This document shows, piece after piece, positions 40,256-49,076 of a stretch of DNA of 64,000 bases. Under the pieces are notes generated by a model that saw only the letters and a program-made list of their open reading frames with translations, had not been told where the DNA came from and did not search any database. The DNA is taken from contig CBDFIQ010000002.1 in NCBI GenBank assembly GCA_965248195.1, positions 3,232,001-3,296,000 on the forward strand, written 5' to 3'. The stretch is from Longimicrobiales bacterium. Lineage in GTDB: Bacteria; Gemmatimonadota; Gemmatimonadetes; Longimicrobiales; Gaopeijiaceae. The position numbers and the translations under genes were made by a program. Positions within the stretch are counted from its first letter, which is position 1. Each line of letters starts with the position of its first letter.

Positions 40256-40624
40256 GTGCCCCAAGAGAAGATTTTCGCGCAAGCTCGGGATGAGTTGTTC
40301 AGCCACATCAATCGATGTGGCGTCCTGAGCGCCACGGATGATGACCGCACAGCGTGGATGAACGAGACCATCGACTATATCCGTGAGCGTTATCCGGATC
40401 TGGTGGATCCCGACCTTCGTGAGCTCCATGCGGTCGGTATCAGGTTCTGTCAGCCGGCGATCAACAACGTACCGGCTGCGGTGGTGTCCGAACCGTCGGT
40501 CGAGGGGGTAGCGGTGGAGGTGCCCGGGGAGGCGGCCGGAGGACAGCCACTTTCTGCCTCGTCGGAGGTGGGTTCCGACTCCGAGGCTACGCAGGAGCAG
40601 GATGGAGGCGCCAACGCCGCCTGA
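40256..40624 (+). CDS. Hypothetical protein: helical N-domain plus acidic tail
   Basis: GGAGGT SD before GTG 40256; ARDELFSHINRC...RERYPDL; followed by terminator. Confidence 0.75.
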   Translation: MPQEKIFAQARDELFSHINRCGVLSATDDDRTAWMNETIDYIRERYPDLVDPDLRELHAVGIRFCQPAINNVPAAVVSEPSVEGVAVEVPGEAAGGQPLSASSEVGSDSEATQEQDGGANAA

Positions 40625-40655
40625 CGTCCTACACAGGGGACTCTCATCCTCGATC

Positions 40656-40695
40656 AAACGGCGGGAAGCTGCGCTTTCCCGCCGTTTTTCTTTTT
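40656..40695 (+). terminator. Intrinsic terminator
   Basis: AAACGGCGGGAA-loop-TTCCCGCCGTTT plus T-rich tail. Confidence 0.85.
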
Positions 40696-40871
40696 AAAGA
40701 GCTGAGAATAGATAGTGGAGAAAGGGCGCTTTCAGCGCGCTCTGCTGGGGTGCTGGCGAACCCGCCGGACGCATAGTATGTTGCCGCCCCAGTTGGGCGG
40801 AACTGAAAAATAAGCGCCTCTCGGAGAGGTGACCCGGACGCCTTTATGAGGGACCCTCAAGAAACAGAAGC

Positions 40872-41273
40872 GTGGCGCCGGGCGCGTCGCGACGGTTCAT
40901 GACCAGCCCCCTCAACGACCGAGGTGTGACGGCGGAGAGTGAACGTCTCATCCTACCGGACGAGGATAGCCTGCTGCGCCTGTATTACGACGGAGGGCGC
41001 CTCCCCTCTCCGTCCGGCGGTTTCCTGATGGTTCTGGGGGTCCGGCCTGAGGATGAGGGGTCGGGATCGATCCTCCTGGAGTGCACGTCGTCGTCGCTTC
41101 GGTACCGGATGAGGGTGCCCAAGGCCACCCGCTCTGAAAGGAAAAAGGTGCGGGCCATGATCGATGACGGTAGTGATCCGAAATGCCCCCGGCATCAAGG
41201 CCAACTCTTGGTGCGAAAACGCAACGATCTCGCTTGCCCGAGCTGTGGGGTCCTGTATGCAAAGGCCAAGTAG
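40872..41273 (+). CDS. Zinc-finger hypothetical protein
   Basis: C-terminal CPRH...CPSC; start uncertain. Confidence 0.7.
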   Translation: MAPGASRRFMTSPLNDRGVTAESERLILPDEDSLLRLYYDGGRLPSPSGGFLMVLGVRPEDEGSGSILLECTSSSLRYRMRVPKATRSERKKVRAMIDDGSDPKCPRHQGQLLVRKRNDLACPSCGVLYAKAK

Positions 41274-41360
41274 CCGCCGGTGTGGGTGAGGGTGGTGATC
41301 CCCATCGGCCTCCATTACATTGCGGCCTAGAGCCATTCTAGCTTAAGGAGCTTTGTCGCG

Positions 41361-42458
41361 ATGGGAGAGGGATTCCTCAGCTCTGAGGAGTACGACGAAC
41401 AGGCTCACCAACTATACAACAGTGGCGATTACGAAGGGGCCCTCGAGATGCTCAAAGAGGGCCTCTCACTTTATCCCAATGCGGTTGAGCTCTGCGTGGG
41501 CATGGGCTACGCCCGCCTCGCGAGGGAGGAGTACGCATGGGCGCGCAAGGCGTTCGACCGTGCGCTCGTTCTCGACCAAGGGCATGAGGACGCCCTTGTC
41601 GGGCTGGGCGAGACTCTTCTCCGCTTCGGTGAGCGCGACGCCGCGCTAGCGCTGTTCGAGCGGGTCGCGGGGTTGGGGTTCGAGGATGACGTGGAATTGA
41701 TGCTCACCATGGGGCGGGCGCTCTATCGTGAAAGCCTCTACGCCGAAAGCCGGGATGTGTTCGCCAAGGCTTCCGCCGCCCGCCCGGAAAGTGCGGAGGT
41801 CGCGGCATCGCTCGGTTACGCACTACATCGGCTGGGCGATGAGGTAGGGGCCGGGCGTCAAATCCGGAGATCTCTCCGCCTCGATCCTGACCTCCATGAG
41901 GCCAGGATCTACCTCGGCCATCTCCTGTACGATCGGGGGGACTGGGAGGGGGCGCTGCGCGAGTTCGAGCGCGTGCCGCCACCCGATCACTGGGACGGAT
42001 TGGCGATTTGGCGTCTCGTGGAGCTCAAACGAGCGCTCTGGCATGTGGAAGACGGGGACGAGCGGGTGGTGCCCTGGCAAAAGCGCCTGGACGAACTCGA
42101 AGCGCTACATGATCCCATCGACCGCCTACTTGCCGAGGTCGAAGCAGAGGTCGACGGCAGTGAGCGATCACTGGTCGACCCGAGTCAGCTTGAACTCTTC
42201 GAGCGGGGTGAACGAAGGGGCGCGACGGAGTCGCACGAGGTCCGGTTGGGAAATGGACATCTGTTCCGCGGAACATGGTACGGTATCGTGCGCCAGATGC
42301 GAGATCAGGCTGGGTTCTCCCATGAAACTCTGTCCCAGTACATGAGACGGCTAGCTGAGCGTTGGCACGAACAGCTTGCCGTGGAGATTCCCTTTGCCGA
42401 TCCCGAGAGCTTTCTCGAGGCCGCCATCCGCGCCGGCGTCGTGTATCTCGAAGACTGA
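41361..42458 (+). CDS. TPR-repeat protein with unknown C-terminal domain
   Basis: About six TPR units (e.g. ALVGLGETLLRFG, ARIYLGHLLYDRG); AAGGAG SD. Confidence 0.88.
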   Translation: MGEGFLSSEEYDEQAHQLYNSGDYEGALEMLKEGLSLYPNAVELCVGMGYARLAREEYAWARKAFDRALVLDQGHEDALVGLGETLLRFGERDAALALFERVAGLGFEDDVELMLTMGRALYRESLYAESRDVFAKASAARPESAEVAASLGYALHRLGDEVGAGRQIRRSLRLDPDLHEARIYLGHLLYDRGDWEGALREFERVPPPDHWDGLAIWRLVELKRALWHVEDGDERVVPWQKRLDELEALHDPIDRLLAEVEAEVDGSERSLVDPSQLELFERGERRGATESHEVRLGNGHLFRGTWYGIVRQMRDQAGFSHETLSQYMRRLAERWHEQLAVEIPFADPESFLEAAIRAGVVYLED

Positions 42459-42466
42459 GACGCACA

Positions 42467-43219
42467 ATGTCACAGTCTGGCGATGTTCTGGAGCGATTCG
42501 TCGAGGCACTCGTACAGCAGATCACCGCTACCCGTCCGGAGTACCTGACTGCTCCCTTTGCGGTTGCGGAAATCTATCAGGACCTCGTTCCGTATCGGTC
42601 CCACCGGAATGCGATCGGGGTCGAAATGAACGGGGATTACGAGGACGCCCTCCTGCGGATGCTCTCCGGCGAGGGCGACTACCTCGTGCTCGACTCCGAG
42701 GTGGCCCTGGGAGAGATGCAGGCGGAGCTCGCCAGGCCGAATCCCAACACGGCTCTGTTCCATGAGTTTGCGGCCGTGGACGTGCGTTTGCATCCCAGCC
42801 GGGTGCCCGTGGGCGCCGGCGACCGACCTAAAGTCCACGCCGAGGTGGAGGCCGATGGGCCGTCGGCCGAACCAGCAGCTTCGAACCCGAGCGAAGCCGA
42901 GCCAGCAAAGCCCTCGAGGCCTGAAGCCGGAGGGTCCGGCGAGGATGGCGTGGTGGGTCACATTGAGACGGCTTCTTCTCCACCTCTGGCGTCGGTAGAG
43001 GCGGCGGCACCCCACGGGCCCGATTCGGCGCATGCCGAATCCGGCGATGTAATGACCGTGTGTCACTGGTGCCGTGAGGATCTTCCGGTGCGAGACTCCA
43101 TTCATTTTTGTCCGTTCTGCGGCAGTGACCTCCGCCCATCCCCGTGTCGCGAGTGTGGCGAAGCGATGGAGGCTCGGTGGCAGTTCTGTGTTTCCTGTGG
43201 GACCGACGTACGTGGTTAG
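42467..43219 (+). CDS. Double zinc-ribbon protein
   Basis: CHWC/CPFC/CREC/CVSC at C-terminus, Pro/Ala/Glu linker, compact N-domain. Confidence 0.82.
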   Translation: MSQSGDVLERFVEALVQQITATRPEYLTAPFAVAEIYQDLVPYRSHRNAIGVEMNGDYEDALLRMLSGEGDYLVLDSEVALGEMQAELARPNPNTALFHEFAAVDVRLHPSRVPVGAGDRPKVHAEVEADGPSAEPAASNPSEAEPAKPSRPEAGGSGEDGVVGHIETASSPPLASVEAAAPHGPDSAHAESGDVMTVCHWCREDLPVRDSIHFCPFCGSDLRPSPCRECGEAMEARWQFCVSCGTDVRG

Positions 43220-43664
43220 ACAGATCGGAGCTCTCACCTGCCTGGTGGTCTTGGGGTGTGGGATCGAACCGAAGACGCCTCCCGAAGCGGTCGACGAGGC
43301 CAGCATGGATCCCCACGCGGCGATCGCCGCCAGTGCACAGGTCGTTCAGCTATCCGGAGGCCGAGACGTGGAGCATGTCGTCCCGCCCCACCTCGAGATC
43401 GAGAGGGGAGAATGGGTGCAATTCGTAACGCTCGACCGGCGTGTTCACACGGTGTCCTTCGTAGCTGACTCTCTTTCCACTGAGGCCTTCGAGTACCTGT
43501 CCGACACCGGGCAGCTCCAGGGCCCCCCGCTGCTCGCTCGCGGGAATCGATTCCTCGTCGATTTCCGGAACGCGCCCGCGGGTCGGTATGTTTTCTCGAG
43601 CGCCAGCCACGGAGACCCCGTCTTTGGCAGTGTAACCGTCCGGGAGCCTTCGGTGGAACGGTAG
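43212..43664 (+). CDS. Cupredoxin-fold lipoprotein lacking the type-1 Cu cysteine
   Basis: Lipobox VLGC; PPHLEIERGEWVQF...HTV...AGRYVFSSASH...GSVTV. Confidence 0.7.
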   Translation: MVRQIGALTCLVVLGCGIEPKTPPEAVDEASMDPHAAIAASAQVVQLSGGRDVEHVVPPHLEIERGEWVQFVTLDRRVHTVSFVADSLSTEAFEYLSDTGQLQGPPLLARGNRFLVDFRNAPAGRYVFSSASHGDPVFGSVTVREPSVER

Positions 43665-43702
43665 CTTCGACTCGCCGCACACGAATCAGGGGAGGGGGTA
43701 AG

Positions 43703-44923
43703 GTGGGAACGCAAGGACACGCCAAGGACATCGTCGTTCTCTCGGGAAAGAGGACTCCGTTCGGAACCTTCGGTGGAAGCCTCAAGAGCTTCACGGCGAC
43801 AGATCTCGGGGTTTTCTCGAGTGTCGCCGCCATCGAGGCCGCTGGCGTGGCGCCGGACCAGATCGATCACACCTTCATCGGGAACGCTCTCCAAACCTCT
43901 TCGGACGCGATCTACCTCGCACGACACGTCGCACTACGGTCCGGCATTCCCCAGGAAAGTCCGGCGTTGACCATCAACAGGCTGTGCGGATCCGGGTTCG
44001 AAGCGATCGTACAAGGAGCCAAAGAAATTCTCCTTGGGGGGGCTCAGGTGACGCTGTGCGGTGGTACGGAGTCCATGAGCCAGGCCCCCCACGTCGTGCG
44101 CGGCGCGCGCTGGGGCCAGCTTCGCCTTGGACCAGCTGGGAACTCCTTCGAGGACCTCCTTTGGGAGTCCCTCAGTGACTCCAACTGCGATATGACGATG
44201 GCGCAGACTGCGGAGGAGCTGGCGGAGCGCTACGACGTGACCCGTGAGGAAGCCGATCAAGTGGCCGTCCGTAGCCAGCAGCGCGCCAAGGCGGCGTGGG
44301 ACAGTGGCCACTTTACGGCAGAGATCACTCCCGTCGTAATCAAGAGCCGAAAGGGCGAAAAGGAGTTCGCGCACGACGAGCACATGCGGCCCGACACGAC
44401 GCTTGAAGCGCTGAGTGGACTTCGCCCGTATTTCAAGGAGGATGGTCTAGTGACCGCCGGCAACGCCAGCGGGATCGGCGATGGAGCGGCGAGCGCTGTC
44501 GTGGTGGATGCGGATTGGGCCGATCAACACGGGATAGAGCCGCTCGGCCGCATCGTGTCCTGGGGATTCACCGGGGTCGAGCCGCGCGTCATGGGCATCG
44601 GTCCGGCGCCGGCCTCCCGTCTCGCTCTCGAAAAGGCGGGGTTGAGCTTGGACGATATGGACCTCGTGGAGGTGAACGAGGCGTTCGCGGGCCAATACAT
44701 GGCCGTCGAGAAGGAGCTCGGACTCGATCCGGTGATCACGAACGTGAACGGGGGAGCGATCGCGATCACTCATCCCCTCGCGGCGTCCGGGGCGCGAATC
44801 ACGATCCACCTTCTCCACGAGCTGAGGCGGAGGGGTGCGCGGTACGGCCTCGGGGCAGCCTGCATCGGTGGGGGGCAGGGGGGGGCGGTGGTCGTGGAGG
44901 CCCTTTCCAACGGGGACGGGTAG
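43703..44923 (+). CDS. Acetyl-CoA C-acyltransferase (thiolase)
   Basis: NRLCGSG, TAGNASG, NEAF, HPLAASG, CIGGGQG. Confidence 0.96.
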   Translation: MGTQGHAKDIVVLSGKRTPFGTFGGSLKSFTATDLGVFSSVAAIEAAGVAPDQIDHTFIGNALQTSSDAIYLARHVALRSGIPQESPALTINRLCGSGFEAIVQGAKEILLGGAQVTLCGGTESMSQAPHVVRGARWGQLRLGPAGNSFEDLLWESLSDSNCDMTMAQTAEELAERYDVTREEADQVAVRSQQRAKAAWDSGHFTAEITPVVIKSRKGEKEFAHDEHMRPDTTLEALSGLRPYFKEDGLVTAGNASGIGDGAASAVVVDADWADQHGIEPLGRIVSWGFTGVEPRVMGIGPAPASRLALEKAGLSLDDMDLVEVNEAFAGQYMAVEKELGLDPVITNVNGGAIAITHPLAASGARITIHLLHELRRRGARYGLGAACIGGGQGGAVVVEALSNGDG

Positions 44924-45801
44924 TGGACATCGAAAAGGTAGGCGTAGTCGGATGCGGGCTCATGGGCAGTGGGATCGCCGAAGTCGCGGCGAAGGCGAGC
45001 TTCGACGTCGTCGTGCGAGAGGTCAGTGATGACCTGATCGAGGCCGGCCGGGTGCGGATCCGGAAATCGCTCGACCGGGCAGTAGAGAGGGGGAAACTCA
45101 CGGTGGCCGACCGTGACGCGGCATGGAGTAGTCTCCGTTTTTCGACGGAGCTCTCGGCTTTGGCTGATCGCCATCTCGTGATCGAGGCAATCGTAGAGGA
45201 AGTCGCGGCGAAGAACGAGCTGTTTTCGGCTCTGGATGAACTTTGTGGGCCCGAGACGATTTTCGCTTCCAACACATCTTCTCTGACGATCACCGATATG
45301 GCGGCGGCGAGCGGACGGCCGGATCGTATGGTCGGCCTCCACTTCTTCAATCCGGTCCCCGTCATGGAGCTGGTGGAGGTCGTGCGCACCATCGCGACGA
45401 GCGACGAAGCGTTCAGCGCGGCGTATTCGTTTGCCGAGACGCTAGGCAAGAAGCCGATTACGGCGAAGGACAACTCTGGCTTCGTGGTGAACTTGCTCCT
45501 GGTGCCCTATATGCTCGACGCCATCCGACAGCTCGAGCGCGGCGTGGCCTCGATGGAGGATATCGATCGGGCGATGACGCTCGGACTGGGGCATCCCATG
45601 GGTCCGTTTACTCTTTGCGACTTCGTCGGGATCGATACGGTCTACCGTATCTCGGAGATCATGTTCGACGAGTATCGAGAGGGCCGATACGCGCCTCCTC
45701 CGCTTCTAAAGCGGATGGTCTCGATGGGGCGGTTCGGCCGGAAGAGGGGAAAAGGGTTCTACGATTGGTCCGGAGAAAAGCCGATTCCCCTGCCGCCCTG
45801 A
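44923..45801 (+). CDS. 3-hydroxybutyryl-CoA dehydrogenase
   Basis: GTG overlapping the thiolase stop; GCGLMGSG, EAIVE, SNTSS, HFFNP, HPMGP. Confidence 0.95.
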   Translation: MDIEKVGVVGCGLMGSGIAEVAAKASFDVVVREVSDDLIEAGRVRIRKSLDRAVERGKLTVADRDAAWSSLRFSTELSALADRHLVIEAIVEEVAAKNELFSALDELCGPETIFASNTSSLTITDMAAASGRPDRMVGLHFFNPVPVMELVEVVRTIATSDEAFSAAYSFAETLGKKPITAKDNSGFVVNLLLVPYMLDAIRQLERGVASMEDIDRAMTLGLGHPMGPFTLCDFVGIDTVYRISEIMFDEYREGRYAPPPLLKRMVSMGRFGRKRGKGFYDWSGEKPIPLPP

Positions 45802-45832
45802 GGGGGGATCATGAATGAAGCTCTTCGGTCCG

Positions 45833-46027
45833 CTAAACCTTGCCGCGGCGCTGGCGCCGCCGTTCGCGCCGAATGGCCGCCTCGCGCTTCCGCTTCCGCT
45901 GGGCGCTGGGCTTCTCGTAGAAGCGACGCTTCCGTAGTTCCGAGTAGAGACCCGACCGCTGCACCTTACGCTTGAAGCGGCGAAGCGCCCGCTCGAGGCT
46001 CTCGTTGTCTTGAATAGTTACTTCCAA
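45833..46027 (-). CDS. rpsU: 30S ribosomal protein bS21
   Basis: [13 protein letters not shown]...FYEKPS; TTG start with AAGGAG SD. Confidence 0.96.
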   Translation of the reverse strand: MEVTIQDNESLERALRRFKRKVQRSGLYSELRKRRFYEKPSAQRKRKREAAIRRERRRQRRGKV

Positions 46028-46135
46028 AGGACGACAACTCCCTTACTGTGCGATCGAATACTGGTCGATTGAACCCGAATTGACCCGAAAATCCAACCTC
46101 CGACCAAGACTCCAAGGATAGTGGCTACGGCCGAA

Positions 46136-46930
46136 TCAGGGAAGCCTTCGTTCACGGTGGAGGGTGTGCGTGTAGATCACGTACTCCTCCCTGTTGGCGA
46201 GGAAGTCCTCGACCCACACCTCGAACGGTGGCATGGGAATTCGTGCCTCGATGTACTCGATGACGAGCATGCCCAGCTGTAAACGATCCTTGGCGCCGAA
46301 ATCCACTCGTTGGCCCTCCAGAATCGAGTCGACCGCCGCCCCGAAGCTCTCGGGGTCGACGAGGGTGATGAAGTGGCAGACCTGATCGAGCCGGTAGGAC
46401 TGATAGAGAGACCGTAGTTCTGCACTATCCGACTCCCCCTCGGCGTCATCCAGACGCTCCTCGCTGGACGCCGAGAGCTCCCTCGAATTTTCCAGTAGCA
46501 GCTTCTTGAACCACCGGCGGGTCTTGGGAGATTGACGGGCCTCGGCCCCTTGCAACGTGTGCAAGGAGGACGAGAGCAACGCCCTGAAGAGCGGCCGCCC
46601 CAGCCCGCGGGCCTTATGGTCAATCTCCGCCTCGGATGCCTCGATGAATATGTCGGCGGTGCGCACCTCGTCTGATTCCCCGTCGCTGTCCTGCGGGCGG
46701 AACGCGAGATGTCCGTGCCACTGGCCGTCCCGACCGACGAAGGTCACGAGAAAACAGGACCAGGTTTCCTGTTCCCAGTCCAGAAATCCGAGCGATCGCC
46801 TACGGCATCGGTCGATGAGAGCGTGTTCGGTCAAGTCGTCGATCGGGTAGAGGGTACGATACCGAAGTCGGTCTTCAAGACCCCGGGGGAAAATGCGGTC
46901 GTGCCGTGGCGCAGGCAAGCAAAGATCCAA
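46136..46930 (-). CDS. Uncharacterised two-domain protein (novel domain B, then novel domain A)
   Basis: WHGHLAF...RTADIFIE...ALLSSSL, then LRSLYQSYRLDQV...PPFEVW. Confidence 0.8.
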   Translation of the reverse strand: MDLCLPAPRHDRIFPRGLEDRLRYRTLYPIDDLTEHALIDRCRRRSLGFLDWEQETWSCFLVTFVGRDGQWHGHLAFRPQDSDGESDEVRTADIFIEASEAEIDHKARGLGRPLFRALLSSSLHTLQGAEARQSPKTRRWFKKLLLENSRELSASSEERLDDAEGESDSAELRSLYQSYRLDQVCHFITLVDPESFGAAVDSILEGQRVDFGAKDRLQLGMLVIEYIEARIPMPPFEVWVEDFLANREEYVIYTHTLHRERRLP

Positions 46931-46957
46931 CCCTGGTAGACGGATCCGTCGAGCTTC

Positions 46958-46987
46958 TTGCCAGAACCGTAAACATATTGTTATCGT
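46958..46987 (+). promoter_or_regulatory. Sigma70-like promoter
   Basis: TTGCCA-18 bp-TATCGT with TGn extended -10. Confidence 0.5.
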
Positions 46988-46992
46988 GGAGG

Positions 46993-47086
46993 AATCAGAG
47001 TCTAAGAATTGAGCATTCCCGCATTACAAAGCCTTTTATGGATGTTTGTGATGCAGGAGAGTCCCGGCAGGAATGCCGGTTTTTTT
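46993..47086 (+). ncRNA. Candidate sRNA or attenuator leader (~95 nt)
   Basis: Promoter upstream; hairpin GCATTACAAA/TTTGTGATGC (47021-47054); terminator CCGGCA-GGAA-TGCCGG-T7. Confidence 0.5.
47064..47086 (+). terminator. Intrinsic terminator upstream of the 47164 gene
   Basis: CCGGCA GGAA TGCCGG TTTTTTT. Confidence 0.7.
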
Positions 47087-47163
47087 GCCTCGATTCTCTC
47101 GGAGGGCCGCTTCAAGGGTCGGCCGATTGAGGCAGAGACCGCCCATTGGAGATGAGGAGACAA

Positions 47164-48075
47164 ATGGAGGGGACGGCTTTCTCGCTTCACTCTACGGCCC
47201 GGCCGGAGGCCATGGCTGACGTTCCCGGCGTCTGTGACCTTCCACTGACCAGGGCTGTGGTCCACTACCGCGATCTTCACGAGGTGGATCCGCCAGGCGG
47301 GCGCATCCAGGACATTGGACTCGCCCTCGTACTCGAGGGCCGTTTTGCTTCATCCGCCGAAGTCCTGGATCTGGGAAGCTCCACGGTGAAGATGTTGGAC
47401 TTGAGTTCGGAGCTGGTGGTTCTCGACTGGGTCTATGAGCCGACGCTGAAGCACGTCAATCGTTTGCTCATGGAGAGGGCCCGGGGAGGCGAGGAGGTGG
47501 ACGCGGCTGGGCGGCTGGGAACCTACTCGTTCCAGATGGCTCTGACCTTGCTTGGCCGCCTCGGATACGGGCCGCTCACGCGCCCCACGATTCTCAGGAT
47601 TGGATTCCGAGACATATGCCGGGACCTGGATTTTCACGAGGGGACCGCGGTCCGGATCGTCCTCGGTGAGCATCGGGTTGCACGCGCGCACCTCGACTAT
47701 GACGCGAACTCCTTGGTGTTCAGTACGCCTTCGCCGGAGCCGGATGCCATCCTCGAAGCCGGCGTGCTCGAAGCGTTCCCTCACAGCGACGTCATGCGTC
47801 TCAGTGAGGCCCACAACGGTGGGTCGGTGCAATACCAGGTCCGTCTTTCGTTCCCCGCGACGTTGGCCGAGGCGCGTGGGGAGCTGCGTTCGATCCGGCG
47901 AGGCCTCGGGGGACTGTTGGCCCGCTTCGAGCCAGAGCGCTTCAAGGGGATCGAGCAGCATCTCACCACCTTCGGATCGCGGGACACACTCTCCCAATTC
48001 CATGTCCGGGAGCGACGGAGGAAGGTCGAGGCGCTACGAACCCGTCATGGGGCCGGCGGCGGCACCGTCCACTAG
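47164..48075 (+). CDS. Uncharacterised protein (303 aa)
   Basis: GAGGAG SD before ATG 47164; natural codon usage; no recognised motif. Confidence 0.75.
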   Translation: MEGTAFSLHSTARPEAMADVPGVCDLPLTRAVVHYRDLHEVDPPGGRIQDIGLALVLEGRFASSAEVLDLGSSTVKMLDLSSELVVLDWVYEPTLKHVNRLLMERARGGEEVDAAGRLGTYSFQMALTLLGRLGYGPLTRPTILRIGFRDICRDLDFHEGTAVRIVLGEHRVARAHLDYDANSLVFSTPSPEPDAILEAGVLEAFPHSDVMRLSEAHNGGSVQYQVRLSFPATLAEARGELRSIRRGLGGLLARFEPERFKGIEQHLTTFGSRDTLSQFHVRERRRKVEALRTRHGAGGGTVH

Positions 48076-48090
48076 CCCCGTGGCTACGCC

Positions 48091-48701
48091 ATGATCGTCA
48101 CTCCTGAATTCGCCGGGCTCGACGGGCGAAAGGCGCCACCTGAGCCGGTGGACCGTACCGTTTCGCCGTCCGATCTGGGGGCGTTGAAGGGACACTACGA
48201 GGAGTATTGCCGGCAGCAGGTAACCCTTCTCCTGGAGATCATCCCGCTGGAGGCGGTGAGGCCGCTTTACCGTCGCACGAGGATTTGGGCGACAGAGCGG
48301 GGGCTTCACGACACCAAGGATCCCATGTCGACCCTACGCGTTTTTTGCCGTGAGGTGCTGCCCCTCCACCATTCGAAGTCTGGCTCTTGCATCATGCAAA
48401 CCATCGCGTGGCCCCTGCGGGTGAGGGGGTGGAATGGACGCCTCTAGCCGAGCCGATGGAGCTGGTCGCGGTCGATGTCAGGCGAATGGAGCATGAGTCG
48501 GAGCCGTGGCAGGGAACGCTCGAGGTGTACCGAGGCGGCGATGCGTGGCGGGGGCTCATTCGATTCCAGCGCGAGGGAGAGGAAGGCCACTTCCGCACCA
48601 GCGAAATTTTTTGTGAAGATGACCTCCAAGACCTTCGAAATCGTTTCAATTCGTTCACTGCGCCTACCATGAGCGCATTTCTGCGCTCGACCCTCCCGTA
48701 A
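48091..48701 (+). CDS. Uncharacterised two-domain protein (domain A, then domain B), split by a 1-nt frameshift at ~48367
   Basis: Adding one C at CTC-CAC-CAT gives LPLPPFEVWLLHHAN and joins ORFs 48091..48447 and 48387..48701 into 203 aa. Confidence 0.8.
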
Positions 48702-48864
48702 ACCGAGTTTTTAGTAAAAAACGATCTCGGCAGGGAGTCAAGATTTTGCGGAATCAGTTCTCGTAAGTTCCCATCAGAGTTGAATTTCGCTCCTCCGAAC
48801 ACACGAACCCCGGGGTCCTTCGAGCGTCGAGGAACAGTTGATTTCGAGCCAAATATCGAATTCA

Positions 48865-48889
48865 TAAGTAATTGCTGTGTAATGACTTA
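48865..48889. promoter_or_regulatory. AT-rich spaced palindrome (protein-binding / dif-like geometry)
   Basis: TAAGTAATT-GCTGTGT-AATGACTTA, arms match 8 of 9. Confidence 0.5.
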
Positions 48890-48928
48890 CATAATTACGT
48901 TGGGTGCACGACATTTTTGATAACAGGC

Positions 48929-48957
48929 TTGCGCGCGTCGGAAATGACGTGTATGAT
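48929..48957 (+). promoter_or_regulatory. Sigma70-like promoter
   Basis: TTGCGC-17 bp-TATGAT; second candidate TTGACA(48986)-19 bp-TACAGT. Confidence 0.5.
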
Positions 48958-48994
48958 GGCTTCGCCTCGACTCTGTTGCTTTTCCTTGACACTG

Positions 48995-49048
48995 TCGAAA
49001 TTCACGATGGTACAGTCGATTCTATCGGATCATTTCGTGAATTTTCGA
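48995..49048. repeat. Inverted repeat / hairpin upstream of the RHH-like gene
   Basis: AAATTCACGA/TCGTGAATTT perfect 10 bp, flanked by TCGA, with inner GU-containing pairs. Confidence 0.7.
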
Positions 49049-49076
49049 ACCATCAAAATCCGGGAGAATTGTGCCC

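Noticed and set aside
48702..49076. AT-rich gap near ssb/recF/gyrB as oriC
   Set aside because: No TTATCCACA-like DnaA boxes seen and no dnaA in the window
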